From an uncultured Gammaproteobacteria bacterium (GTDB lineage: Bacteria > Patescibacteriota > Patescibacteriia > SBBC01 > CAIJZX01), in NCBI GenBank assembly GCA_964397195.1, contig CAYNGY010000003.1, forward strand, positions 69,836-133,835: DNA of 64,000 nucleotides. The letters run 5' to 3'. Positions within the stretch are counted from its first letter, which is position 1; every line of letters begins with the position of its first letter. Position numbers and translations under genes: made by a program. The notes under the pieces are model-generated. The model was not told where the DNA came from, searched no databases, and saw only the letters and a program-made list of their open reading frames with translations. Positions 19,374-28,518 of the stretch are shown piece by piece.

Positions 19374-19772
19374 TTAACGGAGTCGAACTAATTTTCCTTT
19401 GCGCTTGACGATATTTTTATAGTCCCATTGGATCGTTTTCGCTTTGCGGAGCCAGCGCTGAATATCTTTTCGGTCGAGTTCCTTCACATTGATATATATC
19501 ACACCGGCAGCTTTGTACTTTTTTACGTTTCCAATCGGTCGTAGGCACGGCTCATCGAATGAGAAGCCACTCCAAAACATGAGCTGGACGCCCTGTTTCC
19601 GTTTCCAATAGCCGACAACCGGATTCCCATCAATAAACCAGACGGGGCCGCCGTGCCAGACTTTGCTTTCGGCATTCCGTAGCGACGCGTCAATCATTCG
19701 GCGTAGGGCGTTGCAGAGTGTTGCATCGCTTGCGACCTGGACGTGGTTGTAGGCGGTGATGGCGTTGATCAT
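19374..19772 (-). CDS. DUF1801 domain protein
   Basis: KVWHGGPVWFIDGNPVVGY, FWSG.SF.E, QWDYKNIVKRKG. Confidence 0.85.
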   Translation of the reverse strand: MINAITAYNHVQVASDATLCNALRRMIDASLRNAESKVWHGGPVWFIDGNPVVGYWKRKQGVQLMFWSGFSFDEPCLRPIGNVKKYKAAGVIYINVKELDRKDIQRWLRKAKTIQWDYKNIVKRKGKLVRLR

Positions 19773-19854
19773 GAAGGGAGTATATCACGTATGGTACGTG
19801 GGGTGGCAATCGGGCTATTGACCTGCAGACGGTATGAACATATGCTCACAGTAC

Positions 19855-20280
19855 ATGGCCGAACCCAAAACCAAAAAAAATGCGGCGAGCGTTATCGCTT
19901 TTTTGCGCGCTGTGCCTGATGAGCAAAAACGTCGCGATAGCTTGGACCTGTTACGTCTTTTTACCGAGGTGACCAGTGAGAAAGCAGCCATGTGGGGGAC
20001 GAGTATCGTTGGGTTTGGGATGTACCACTACAAATCAACGCGCAGTCGTCGGGAGGGCACTTGGCCAATAACCGCGTTTTCGCCCCGCAAACAGAGTCTG
20101 ACCTTATATATTATGCCCGGGTCAATTCATCACGCGGCGACCATCAAGAAGCTCGGGACGTACACGACGACGGGCGTCTGTTTGTATATTAAACGGTTGT
20201 CAGATATCGATCTTCGCGTGCTGAAGAAGCTGATTCGAGACTCAGTGGCGTATATGAAGAAACGGTATCCGCATCGGTAG
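19855..20280 (+). CDS. DUF1801 domain protein (paralog of 17731..18189)
   Basis: MAE.KTKK..ASV, MWGTSIVGFG, FSPRKQ.LTLY, CLYIKRLSD. Confidence 0.88.
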   Translation: MAEPKTKKNAASVIAFLRAVPDEQKRRDSLDLLRLFTEVTSEKAAMWGTSIVGFGMYHYKSTRSRREGTWPITAFSPRKQSLTLYIMPGSIHHAATIKKLGTYTTTGVCLYIKRLSDIDLRVLKKLIRDSVAYMKKRYPHR

Positions 20281-20323
20281 AATGATGCCACATGTATGAT
20301 GTGGTTCAAAGCTAGTATGTTGT

Positions 20324-21481
20324 ATGTTACAGACACCAGCTACACCTAACCTCTCGAACCTGCGTCAAGTGGTAATACGACGCCTGACATACTATGCAGG
20401 CGTGTTCCTATTTGGACTGTTAGTGCAGCGTTTGGTGTGGGTTGTTCATCCCGTTCCGGATCTCGATTGGTGGGCGAGACAAGTTCACGAGTTCTGGCGG
20501 ATATCGACGCCGTCCGGTTCGACTTTTGTCGACACCGTTAGAATGTATCCCGGAACGACGATACTTTGGGGCGCAACCGCATTGACCATATTTGGTCTCA
20601 CCCCATTGGCGTCCGTTGTCTGGGCCGTTTCGGGACTTATAGCTGGTGCCACCGCGCTCGCCGTCGCGCTGTGCCGATATCTGCGCCCGGGTTATTGGTG
20701 GATCGGAGTTATGGCCACGATGCTCTTGAGCCATATCTACGCCGATGCTGGCGTAGTCACAGCCTTGGGAGCGGCTTTGGCGGTGCCGTTAGCACTGGCC
20801 GCGTGGATACTAGTTGAGTTCCGTCCAAAGTCGTGGGCGTTCGTGTGGCTCGGCGGTAGCTTGAGCGGAGTTTTGTTGGCGACTAGATTTGATGCGGCTT
20901 TGATTATCGTTCCGCTTTGTGTTGTCGCGCTCGCCCCTATCCTACGGATCACGCGGACGGTTGGGTTTCTTGGTATCACACTGGGCGTGTTCTGGTTGTT
21001 AGATCCGTTCCTGTGGTTCTCGCCGCTCAACCAAATGCACGATCTATTGTTTAAGATTATGATGGTCCAGGGGGCAAACACGGGAGTGGATCCGACGTGG
21101 TTTCTACCGACGGCAGTAGTGGCATTATTGTTGACGGCTATTAGTTTTGTACTCGGTGCGCTGACACCCCGACAGATTGGCGGGAATCCGCGCTTCATGT
21201 TGGTCGTAGGATGTATCACGCTAGTGTTTCTCCTTCCATACCTGGTAGCGTCATCGCCGAGCGTTCGGTTTCTTGGACCAGCGGTGCTTGTCTGGGAATC
21301 TTTTCTCCCATTATTTCTCTTGACGGCTCTAAGTCACTCTGAACCCAAAACACCCACCAGTACTACACGATTGTACGTCACTCCAGCAGCAATTCTGGTT
21401 GGCTGGGTGATTGTACAAGGCTTTTTACTTGCCATGGCGTCAGGGTACTTCGTGCCGCCGTACCACGGTACTATCCTCTGA
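20324..21481 (+). CDS. Polytopic membrane protein, possibly GT-C glycosyltransferase
   Basis: About 11 TMs, acidic PD in the first loop, YPG.T, G.LLATR, R.L.P motifs typical of the ArnT/PMT fold. Confidence 0.6.
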   Translation: MLQTPATPNLSNLRQVVIRRLTYYAGVFLFGLLVQRLVWVVHPVPDLDWWARQVHEFWRISTPSGSTFVDTVRMYPGTTILWGATALTIFGLTPLASVVWAVSGLIAGATALAVALCRYLRPGYWWIGVMATMLLSHIYADAGVVTALGAALAVPLALAAWILVEFRPKSWAFVWLGGSLSGVLLATRFDAALIIVPLCVVALAPILRITRTVGFLGITLGVFWLLDPFLWFSPLNQMHDLLFKIMMVQGANTGVDPTWFLPTAVVALLLTAISFVLGALTPRQIGGNPRFMLVVGCITLVFLLPYLVASSPSVRFLGPAVLVWESFLPLFLLTALSHSEPKTPTSTTRLYVTPAAILVGWVIVQGFLLAMASGYFVPPYHGTIL

Positions 21482-21655
21482 TCGTCTTGGTTCGTGGTGA
21501 TTCCAGTCAACCAGCTCGTGGCCTGGAAACGTACCCATTGATTTCAACTGGTGGCCACGAAAATAGCGCCTGACAGATGTCGGCCGCGTTAGCCGTGAAT
21601 CCAAAGGGATCGCCATGGTGAGCGCCCGAAATTTCGTGGTGATCGATATTGGTAT

Positions 21656-22183
21656 CTAACCGAGACTCGAGAGGAGCATGATGCCGAGCGTATTGCTGGC
21701 GAAAGAATAGAGGAAGAACCAGCCGGCCCGTCCTTGGCCGAGGCCGAATAACCCGGCGGCGAGTTCATCCGGCAACGGTGAGATCAGAATTACGACCCCA
21801 AGTATTGTTGTGAGCCAGTTTGGGATCGGGTGGCGTTCGCGAATCCGACCGATGCGTGTGGCTAGCCAGCCGTGCCGCGTTTCCCGTCGGGTGATCGTAA
21901 AGATAGCCAGATCATACAGCGCCGATCCAAAGCCGCCAATTACGGCAACCGCGAGCAGATGCAGGTCCGGAGGAGTATCGACGAAAATAATCATGGCGAT
22001 CGGTGCGGTCAATCCGCTCCCGTACATTACACCCGCCAAAAACATGCCCGGATATCCGAGACGATCAACCGATCGGAGAAGCCCGTGCAATGCCGGTACG
22101 ACCAGGAACACACCCGCGAGAATAAGGCCAACGCCGAACGCGATAATTTCTTTCTGGTGAAGAGTTACAAAACTCTTATGCAT
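21656..22183 (-). CDS. Membrane protein (DedA/VTT-like)
   Basis: Multiple TMs, GYPGMFLAG and SPLPDELA re-entrant-like motifs. Confidence 0.6.
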   Translation of the reverse strand: MHKSFVTLHQKEIIAFGVGLILAGVFLVVPALHGLLRSVDRLGYPGMFLAGVMYGSGLTAPIAMIIFVDTPPDLHLLAVAVIGGFGSALYDLAIFTITRRETRHGWLATRIGRIRERHPIPNWLTTILGVVILISPLPDELAAGLFGLGQGRAGWFFLYSFASNTLGIMLLSSLG

Positions 22184-22252
22184 GCCGCGTAGTATATCAT
22201 GCTCGTTTGAAGTTGCCGCCTGATTCTATCGTCGGGTGGCATTCGCCGGCCA

Positions 22253-23929
22253 CTATGACGCACGCAGGTCACCGATGGCGGTAGGGGCGGTCGTGTCCGG
22301 GGCCGGAAAAAGAATCACCGACTCCGCGTTTCGTAAAGAGATGCTCGCCATCGGCGCGGAAAATGTCCCGTTTGGATTAAGCATGACCATCGGTGCCTCA
22401 AGCGGAATCTGGACCGCGGTCTGATCAGAATAGTCGGCGCAGGCTGGGCCACCGCGAGGACGTACGAGGATACGGGCGTTCTCATATTGTCGCGAGAAGA
22501 CTTTGTACCCTTCGCTGGCACAGGGCGTGCTGCCGGTTTGGATGACGCTCACGTCGGACGCCGGTTGGCCGACATTCGTTTCGTAGGCGAGGAGCCAATC
22601 ATCCATGAAGCTGAGGGGTGTGGGTGAGTTTTCGTCGACGCACAGGTTCGGGTTAAAATAGACACGGCCACTACTACCGACCGGTTCCTTGGCGAGATAG
22701 TAACTGCTGAGATTCCACATCCAAAATCGGGTGGCGGATGATGGGTAGTTTCCGGGCGTGTATCCCGCCGGCCCGGTATCGCAGGTCGACCCGGCTAAAT
22801 CAATTGATCCGCCATCGGCGCTCATTTGCGCGACTTGGTTGAGAAATGTTTGATACTGGGTGGCGCCAAAAAACTGATCAGCGGCGTGCAGGTGCTCGGT
22901 CATTACCCCGCCCGCGGCGGCGGCTTGTTGGAAGCCCATCGATTGCATAAAATGTCCGGCAATGTTCGGTCGGGCGATTTTCCCAATCGCGGTCAGTCGA
23001 CTGCGGAGGTAGGTTAACCAATCAACGACGTCAGCGTTATAGAGGGCATCGAGCGAATTGTATGTATAGTATCCCGACGTCACGATATCGCGCGGGACTA
23101 AACCGCCATACTCACGGATGCCGCCGCCGGACAGAATTTTCGCATGGTACCCAATATCGAAGGAAAGGGAGAAGCCCGGCGCGTGTTCGTCTAAGAAGAT
23201 GGCGTCAACCGGATTCGGCTGTTCGTTCGAGTTGAAGGCCATTTCATGGATGAGGTGATCGGCAAACCATTCTCGCCATGCGAGGTTTTTTACATTCGCG
23301 ATCCAACGGTAATCGTCCCAGACATACGTTTTTACCCGACAGGCCGATGTGAGTGCGCCGGGGTTCGGGCAGCCGGGGATCGTTTCGGTGTTGAGAATGG
23401 TCACCCCATCACGAGCCGTGTATTGAATCGTGGTGTCTTGGGAAAAATGGAGATATTGATCTTCTGGTAGATTCATTTGCGCACTATTGACGGCCGAGGT
23501 GGCATTGCAGTCCATGTGTAAGCACATGCTCAGGTCGAGGTCGTAGGTGAACGTCTTGATCGTCGGGTTGAACGTTTTGACGTAGGCTGATGACGTCATG
23601 CCGTACTGGCTGTAGAATCGATCGGAAATGGTTTCCATGGCGTCGACGTGTCGAGCATACCATTCGTATCCGGCGGTTCGTGTTGCGCCGTAGGGTAACC
23701 ACTGGACATGGCGCCCGAAATCAAGGATGGTGATGTGCGACCAGTGCGGAGCGTTGGTGTTGTAGACCGGGGAGTTTGTGATTAATTGAGCCTGTGCCGG
23801 TGGCGTGTGCGGGGCGACGTGATTTCCAAAAAATGCCAAACTGACGAGCACGAAAAGAACGCTCCCGAAATGTTGGACGCGTAGTCGTTTCGGTGATGCG
23901 CGCATCTTTAGTATTTCTGGGCTGAACAT
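22253..23929 (-). CDS. Secreted/anchored putative glycoside hydrolase (GHL15-like TIM barrel + beta-sandwich)
   Basis: N-terminal hydrophobic segment, DAIFLDE, VMTEH, FSRQYENARILV, C-terminal PDTTAPTAIGDL. Confidence 0.6.
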   Translation of the reverse strand: MFSPEILKMRASPKRLRVQHFGSVLFVLVSLAFFGNHVAPHTPPAQAQLITNSPVYNTNAPHWSHITILDFGRHVQWLPYGATRTAGYEWYARHVDAMETISDRFYSQYGMTSSAYVKTFNPTIKTFTYDLDLSMCLHMDCNATSAVNSAQMNLPEDQYLHFSQDTTIQYTARDGVTILNTETIPGCPNPGALTSACRVKTYVWDDYRWIANVKNLAWREWFADHLIHEMAFNSNEQPNPVDAIFLDEHAPGFSLSFDIGYHAKILSGGGIREYGGLVPRDIVTSGYYTYNSLDALYNADVVDWLTYLRSRLTAIGKIARPNIAGHFMQSMGFQQAAAAGGVMTEHLHAADQFFGATQYQTFLNQVAQMSADGGSIDLAGSTCDTGPAGYTPGNYPSSATRFWMWNLSSYYLAKEPVGSSGRVYFNPNLCVDENSPTPLSFMDDWLLAYETNVGQPASDVSVIQTGSTPCASEGYKVFSRQYENARILVRPRGGPACADYSDQTAVQIPLEAPMVMLNPNGTFSAPMASISLRNAESVILFPAPDTTAPTAIGDLRAS

Positions 23930-24030
23930 GGCTGAGTCAATTCTACCATTTTTTGTACCTAGCGTATAAGAAAGAGCGTCCGACGGGTGTCGGACGGGTA
24001 GTTGTGGATACCAGCCAGGAGGGTCGGCGC

Positions 24031-24684
24031 TTACCGCCGAGGCATCGTCTCGCCGCAGTTGAGGCACTTGTAGCCATCGCCGTTACGAACCGTGATGTGT
24101 CCGCAGTTGGCGCAGGCGGGCGCGTCGGGCATCTGTCCTGGTGTTGCGGGGGCGACGACAGGCGTCGGTGTGGCGCCGTGGTCGACAGCGACGTGCGCGA
24201 GGTCGGTGCGGTGGAGGTAGTGCACGCCGAGGACGCGAGCCAGGTAGTCGACGATACTGGTCGAGACCTTGATGTGCTCGTCGCCGTCGACGCGTCCAGA
24301 CGGCTGGAAGCGCGTGAAGGTAAACTGGTCGACGAGGGCCTCGACCGGCACGCCGTACTGCAAGGCGAGCGAGAAGGTGATAGCGAAGCAGCTCAGGAGC
24401 GAGCGAAACTCCGCCGATTCGCGATGCATGTCGACGAAGATCTCGCCGAGCGTGCCGTCGTCGTACTCGCCGGTGCGGATGAAGATCTTGTGGCCGGCGA
24501 CGCGCGCTTCTTGCGTGAAGCCGTGCCGTCGACGCGGGAGCCGCTGACGATTGGGCGTAGCAAGCAGCTGCAGCTTTTTGATGCACTCTGCGACCTCGTC
24601 GCTCCGCCGTTCATCAAGACCGGCTTCGGCGGCGAACGTGGTCATGATGGCGGCAATCTCGGCATTCCGATCAGCCTGCTGCAT
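24031..24684 (-). CDS. Standalone C-terminal (TSCPD + Zn ribbon) part of class II ribonucleotide reductase NrdJ
   Basis: [71 protein letters not shown]. Confidence 0.85.
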   Translation of the reverse strand: MQQADRNAEIAAIMTTFAAEAGLDERRSDEVAECIKKLQLLATPNRQRLPRRRHGFTQEARVAGHKIFIRTGEYDDGTLGEIFVDMHRESAEFRSLLSCFAITFSLALQYGVPVEALVDQFTFTRFQPSGRVDGDEHIKVSTSIVDYLARVLGVHYLHRTDLAHVAVDHGATPTPVVAPATPGQMPDAPACANCGHITVRNGDGYKCLNCGETMPRR

Positions 24685-24728
24685 GGGTCACCTCGCGATG
24701 CTGGGAGGAACGAACTAGGCGACATTTC

Positions 24729-24783
24729 GCCTAGATATCGGTTATATCTAGGCCTACCCTAGCAGGGTCGGGCGCATTGTCAA
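24729..24783 (-). promoter_or_regulatory. Sigma70-type promoter with downstream palindromic operator (NrdR-box-like)
   Basis: TTGACA-16-TAGGGT on the minus strand, immediately followed by GCCTAGATAT-N5-ATATCTAGGC. Confidence 0.5.
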
Positions 24784-24838
24784 CAATGGTTGTATTTATG
24801 CTATAATTATCCGGCTCTCATCATCTTTTTTATATATC

Positions 24839-26845
24839 ATGCGTCGCTCACTTTCTACCCTATTCCGTCAGCGCAGGGTCTTGATTTCGCTAGGCGTCAT
24901 CGGGGCGGTCACGTTGCTCGGCGGTTTAGGATATCTCGAGTTTGCTCGGAGCCGCGATATGGCCGCGCTCAAGCAGCAAGTTGGGGTGATTGAACAAGCG
25001 GGACGCGGGACGTCGGCTTTGACCGCGGCGAGTGTTGATCACGCTGTGATGAACGGCGATGTGTATCTGACCGCAGCAATTGATGATCAAACTATTTCGT
25101 CCGGCACGATTATCGACGGGCAGGTGATTGATGAGGTGCTTTCGGACGAGACAAAAGTACGCATGCCAAACGGAGCGATTGTGCTGGCGGCGGATATTCA
25201 AAATGGGGCGACGACATCGTGGACACTCGCTGATGGGACCGTGACGCGAGCGAAGATTGTGAACTCGGCGGTGACGACTTTGAAACTGGCGGATGGGAGC
25301 GTGACCGAAGTCAAAATACGAAATGGCGCCATCAAGTCAAAAAAGATCGCCGCTGGCCAGGTCCAAGCGGTCCATTTGGCGAGTGGAAGTGTTTTGAGTG
25401 CCAAACTGGCAAATTCGGCGGTGACGAATCCGAAAATTGCCGACACGTCGGTTACGACACGGAAACTTGCTGATCAATCGGTGACGGCATTAAAAATCGC
25501 GGTCGATGGCGTTGAAAACCAGAATCTTGCGGACGGATCAGTTGACGATTCGAATTTGGTTGACGGATCGGTGACGACGCCGAAGATTGCCAACGGAGCG
25601 GTAACGACGCCAAAGCTCGGGGATAGCGCCGTCACGAACGCGAAGATCGCGAATTTGGCGGTCACGGCTGCGAAAATCGCGACCGGGACTATTACCGGAT
25701 CACAAATTGCCTCGGACGGTACGGTCGTCAAATCGATTGTCGGCAACTCGATTGTGAGCGTCACGAATAATGCTAACGGGTCGTATTCGATTGCTTTAAC
25801 CACCTCATGCAGTGAGGGTCAGATCCTGAAGTTTTCGAGTGGTCAGTGGCAGTGCGGAACCGACATCGACCTCGGGTATTACACGCCGCAGGACATTCTC
25901 CGATTTCCGTACGTCGGAACCCAGAAAACAGATTGGTTTGATGGGAGCGCCGAGGCGACAGCTCTGCATGGTGGAACGACGCCGAATTATCTGCTGTACC
26001 TTGGGGCCGGCCAGAACGGTGTCGTCCGACAGATTTTTTCCGTCGGGAATAACAACCTGGTAGATTGGACGGACATGGATGATTATGAACTGCGCATTTA
26101 TACCGGCGCGGGTGATTTGACGGCCCTGCAGCGAGCAAATCCGCCGTCGCAGTATCTTGACGCGAAAATTCCGCTCGGGATTCTCTTGGGTGCGGTCTAT
26201 AATACCAACAAACCGGCGAACCAGCCGATCGAGACGGCGATTCTTGATTACAGCCGCAGTCAGGATGCGGTGATGACATTCAACCTGCCGATTCCGTTCG
26301 AGAACGGTATTTTAATTCAGTTCTGGAAAATTAGTCCCGAAGCCGTGAATACCAGCCTTGGCGCCTATCACTGGGTATCGTATGAAACTGGGACAACGTC
26401 ATTCCCGTATCAATCATGGCGCCTGAAGGCGTCAGCCCTCCACCACACCACGGTGAATGACGAGAACGGTGCGACCTTCATGGATGTCAGTGGTAAAGCG
26501 GGGATGTTGCTGGGATTGTACTCAAGTATTAAATCGGTTGCGGGTTTGGGTGAGGACTTTAATGAGGAAAACTGGACATTCTACCCGGACGGTGAAACAA
26601 ATCCGGTCTGGCAAGTTTCTGGTACGGAGGATATGTTTGGTCTCAACCCGTATTATTATAGTGCTGGCGTCCAGACCCATATGAACTGGGGTACGACCTT
26701 TATTGATACGCCGGCCTATGAAAGCTACCGACTCTTTGTTCGTGATCCATTGATTTGGCAAAACTCGTTGCGCGGCTTTTACCCGACGACCGGTGAGAGT
26801 ACGCTTGACCTGAACATCCTGACGCTCTACTACGCGGCCAAGTAA
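24839..26845 (+). CDS. Membrane-anchored fibre protein with decapeptide repeats and C-terminal DUF2961/GH172-like domain
   Basis: TM; 16+ repeats like LADGSVTTPK; CSEGQILKFSSGQWQC neck; GVVRQIF, LRIY, IPLG, LPIPF, EENWTFYPDGETNP, GTEDMF motifs. Confidence 0.75.
   Translation: MRRSLSTLFRQRRVLISLGVIGAVTLLGGLGYLEFARSRDMAALKQQVGVIEQAGRGTSALTAASVDHAVMNGDVYLTAAIDDQTISSGTIIDGQVIDEVLSDETKVRMPNGAIVLAADIQNGATTSWTLADGTVTRAKIVNSAVTTLKLADGSVTEVKIRNGAIKSKKIAAGQVQAVHLASGSVLSAKLANSAVTNPKIADTSVTTRKLADQSVTALKIAVDGVENQNLADGSVDDSNLVDGSVTTPKIANGAVTTPKLGDSAVTNAKIANLAVTAAKIATGTITGSQIASDGTVVKSIVGNSIVSVTNNANGSYSIALTTSCSEGQILKFSSGQWQCGTDIDLGYYTPQDILRFPYVGTQKTDWFDGSAEATALHGGTTPNYLLYLGAGQNGVVRQIFSVGNNNLVDWTDMDDYELRIYTGAGDLTALQRANPPSQYLDAKIPLGILLGAVYNTNKPANQPIETAILDYSRSQDAVMTFNLPIPFENGILIQFWKISPEAVNTSLGAYHWVSYETGTTSFPYQSWRLKASALHHTTVNDENGATFMDVSGKAGMLLGLYSSIKSVAGLGEDFNEENWTFYPDGETNPVWQVSGTEDMFGLNPYYYSAGVQTHMNWGTTFIDTPAYESYRLFVRDPLIWQNSLRGFYPTTGESTLDLNILTLYYAAK
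25226..25705 (+). repeat. Coding tandem repeat, 16 x 30 nt (10 aa)
   Basis: LADGTVTRAK/IVNSAVTTLK/LADGSVTEVK/.../IATGTITGSQ. Confidence 0.85.
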
Positions 26846-26857
26846 TAGCCGACCCTC

Positions 26858-28462
26858 ATGCGTTACCCTGATCCAGCTCGGTCAGCACCTGCCCGGGGCA
26901 TGGTCATGGGCCTGTCGTTCATTTTGGTGGTGGGCACCGTACTCCGCCTGGTCGGACTGAATTTTGGTTTACCGAACCTGTACCTAACGGACGAAGAGTT
27001 TTTTGTCCAACCGGCTTTGCGGGTGGCGGATGGCCATCTTGATCCGGGTTGGTACGGTGCGCCGGGCCAGCCGTTGATTTATAGTACCGGCGCGGTGATG
27101 GCGGGAGTGAATCTGGTGGTGAACTGGCGACAGCATACGTCGCGAGCGACGTCGGAAAATTATGCGCTCGATCCGACTCCGTTCCAGACCGCCGGGCGAG
27201 CTATCCCTGCGACGGCGGGTGTGGCCATGATTTTTTTCGTCTGGCTGATTGGACGGAGAATCAGTGAGAGGGTGGGGCTGGTGGCGGCGACGTTGACGTC
27301 GACCTCATTTTATTTGATCGACCATAGCCATATTATTCGCCCAGATATCCTGCAAACGACGTTTATCTTGATGGCGGTGTATAGTCTGCTGCGTTGGCGA
27401 GAAACAGGCTATCGTCGATGGAGCCTCTGGCTAGGCGTGTTTTACGGATTGAGTATCACCACAAAATATCCGTCGCTCTTTTTGTTGCCGCTGCTTCTCG
27501 GTGTGGCCTGGTATGGGTGTCGCCGTCAGTGGTGGACAGTTCGGTCGTGGGTGGTCGCTAGCATGGTTGGCGTGATGACCGTCATTCTGTCGGCGCCATT
27601 CGTCTTTCTTCACCCCTTCGAGGCGGCGCATGATGTCCTCTACGAGGGTGTCGCAGATCATGGCACCCATTCTGGTCTCGGCATTTTCACGAACCTCGGG
27701 CACTATGCCCAGGCCGCGTCATACCAACTGGGGACCATACTCGCACTCGTGGCAATCGGGCTGGGTATCGTTGTCCTGATACGTCAACGCGGCCCGGTGC
27801 GACCGGGACTGATTTCTATGTTGCTGATCGGCGGGGTGTGGTATCTGTTCTGTTTATCGCTGCTGAAGTCAAACTGGGATCGGTGGCTTATTCCACTGAT
27901 GCCGGTCGGATTTTTGCTGGTGAGCGTGGCGATCGGATGGGCCTGGTCTCGACGCCGCTTGGCGACCGGCTTGGTCGTCCTGATGGCGATGGTCGCACCG
28001 AGCGTCCGGCTCGTCCGGACCATGTATGGGTACACCCATCTGCACACGGCGGACGTCCTTGCCAACTGGTATCCTACCCATCTGCGAACGACAGACGCGG
28101 TCGCGGTTGAGGTCCGGAGTCCGGTACCGTCATCGAACCGCTCGATTACTTTACCAAATGTGTCGATCCACTCGGCGGATTGGTATCACGATCAAGGATA
28201 TACGGTCTTGGTTTTAACCAGCGGCGTCTATTCACGGATTCAGGAGGCGGCGACTCAACCGAATCCGCGGCCGGCCTTCGTCGCCGCGGCGAACGCCTAC
28301 ACCAAGCTGCTCGCTGACGCTGATCAGCTGACGACGGTGATGGCCGGGCCGTACGGCGGGACGACTGCACTCTTGTATCGTAGCGACTGGGCGGTCGTTC
28401 GATCCTGGAGCATGGCTATTCGTCGTGGGCCGAACTTCTGGGTCTACCGTTTGCGGCCGTAG
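26858..28462 (+). CDS. GT-C glycosyltransferase (ArnT/PMT, GT39/GT83-like)
   Basis: LRLVGLNFGLP..Y.TDE, IRPD, TKYP, RWLIP; many TMs. Confidence 0.85.
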   Translation: MRYPDPARSAPARGMVMGLSFILVVGTVLRLVGLNFGLPNLYLTDEEFFVQPALRVADGHLDPGWYGAPGQPLIYSTGAVMAGVNLVVNWRQHTSRATSENYALDPTPFQTAGRAIPATAGVAMIFFVWLIGRRISERVGLVAATLTSTSFYLIDHSHIIRPDILQTTFILMAVYSLLRWRETGYRRWSLWLGVFYGLSITTKYPSLFLLPLLLGVAWYGCRRQWWTVRSWVVASMVGVMTVILSAPFVFLHPFEAAHDVLYEGVADHGTHSGLGIFTNLGHYAQAASYQLGTILALVAIGLGIVVLIRQRGPVRPGLISMLLIGGVWYLFCLSLLKSNWDRWLIPLMPVGFLLVSVAIGWAWSRRRLATGLVVLMAMVAPSVRLVRTMYGYTHLHTADVLANWYPTHLRTTDAVAVEVRSPVPSSNRSITLPNVSIHSADWYHDQGYTVLVLTSGVYSRIQEAATQPNPRPAFVAAANAYTKLLADADQLTTVMAGPYGGTTALLYRSDWAVVRSWSMAIRRGPNFWVYRLRP

Positions 28463-28518
28463 GAAGCATTCCCTGCCCGGGCGGTTTTTTTGGTATACTG
28501 ATGGGGACAAACACCCAC

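Noticed and set aside
23953-24762. 269-aa + strand ORF
   Set aside because: Antisense shadow of the GC-rich nrdJ-tail gene; same for 5855-6460, 8562-9197, 9782-10357 and similar
25226-25705. 30-nt periodicity as a possible CRISPR array
   Set aside because: The repeats are in-frame, degenerate at the DNA level and have no spacers; this is a protein repeat
28463-28518. Mg2+ riboswitch/leader peptide upstream of mgtA
   Set aside because: The intergenic space is only about 55 nt and holds a terminator and a -10 box
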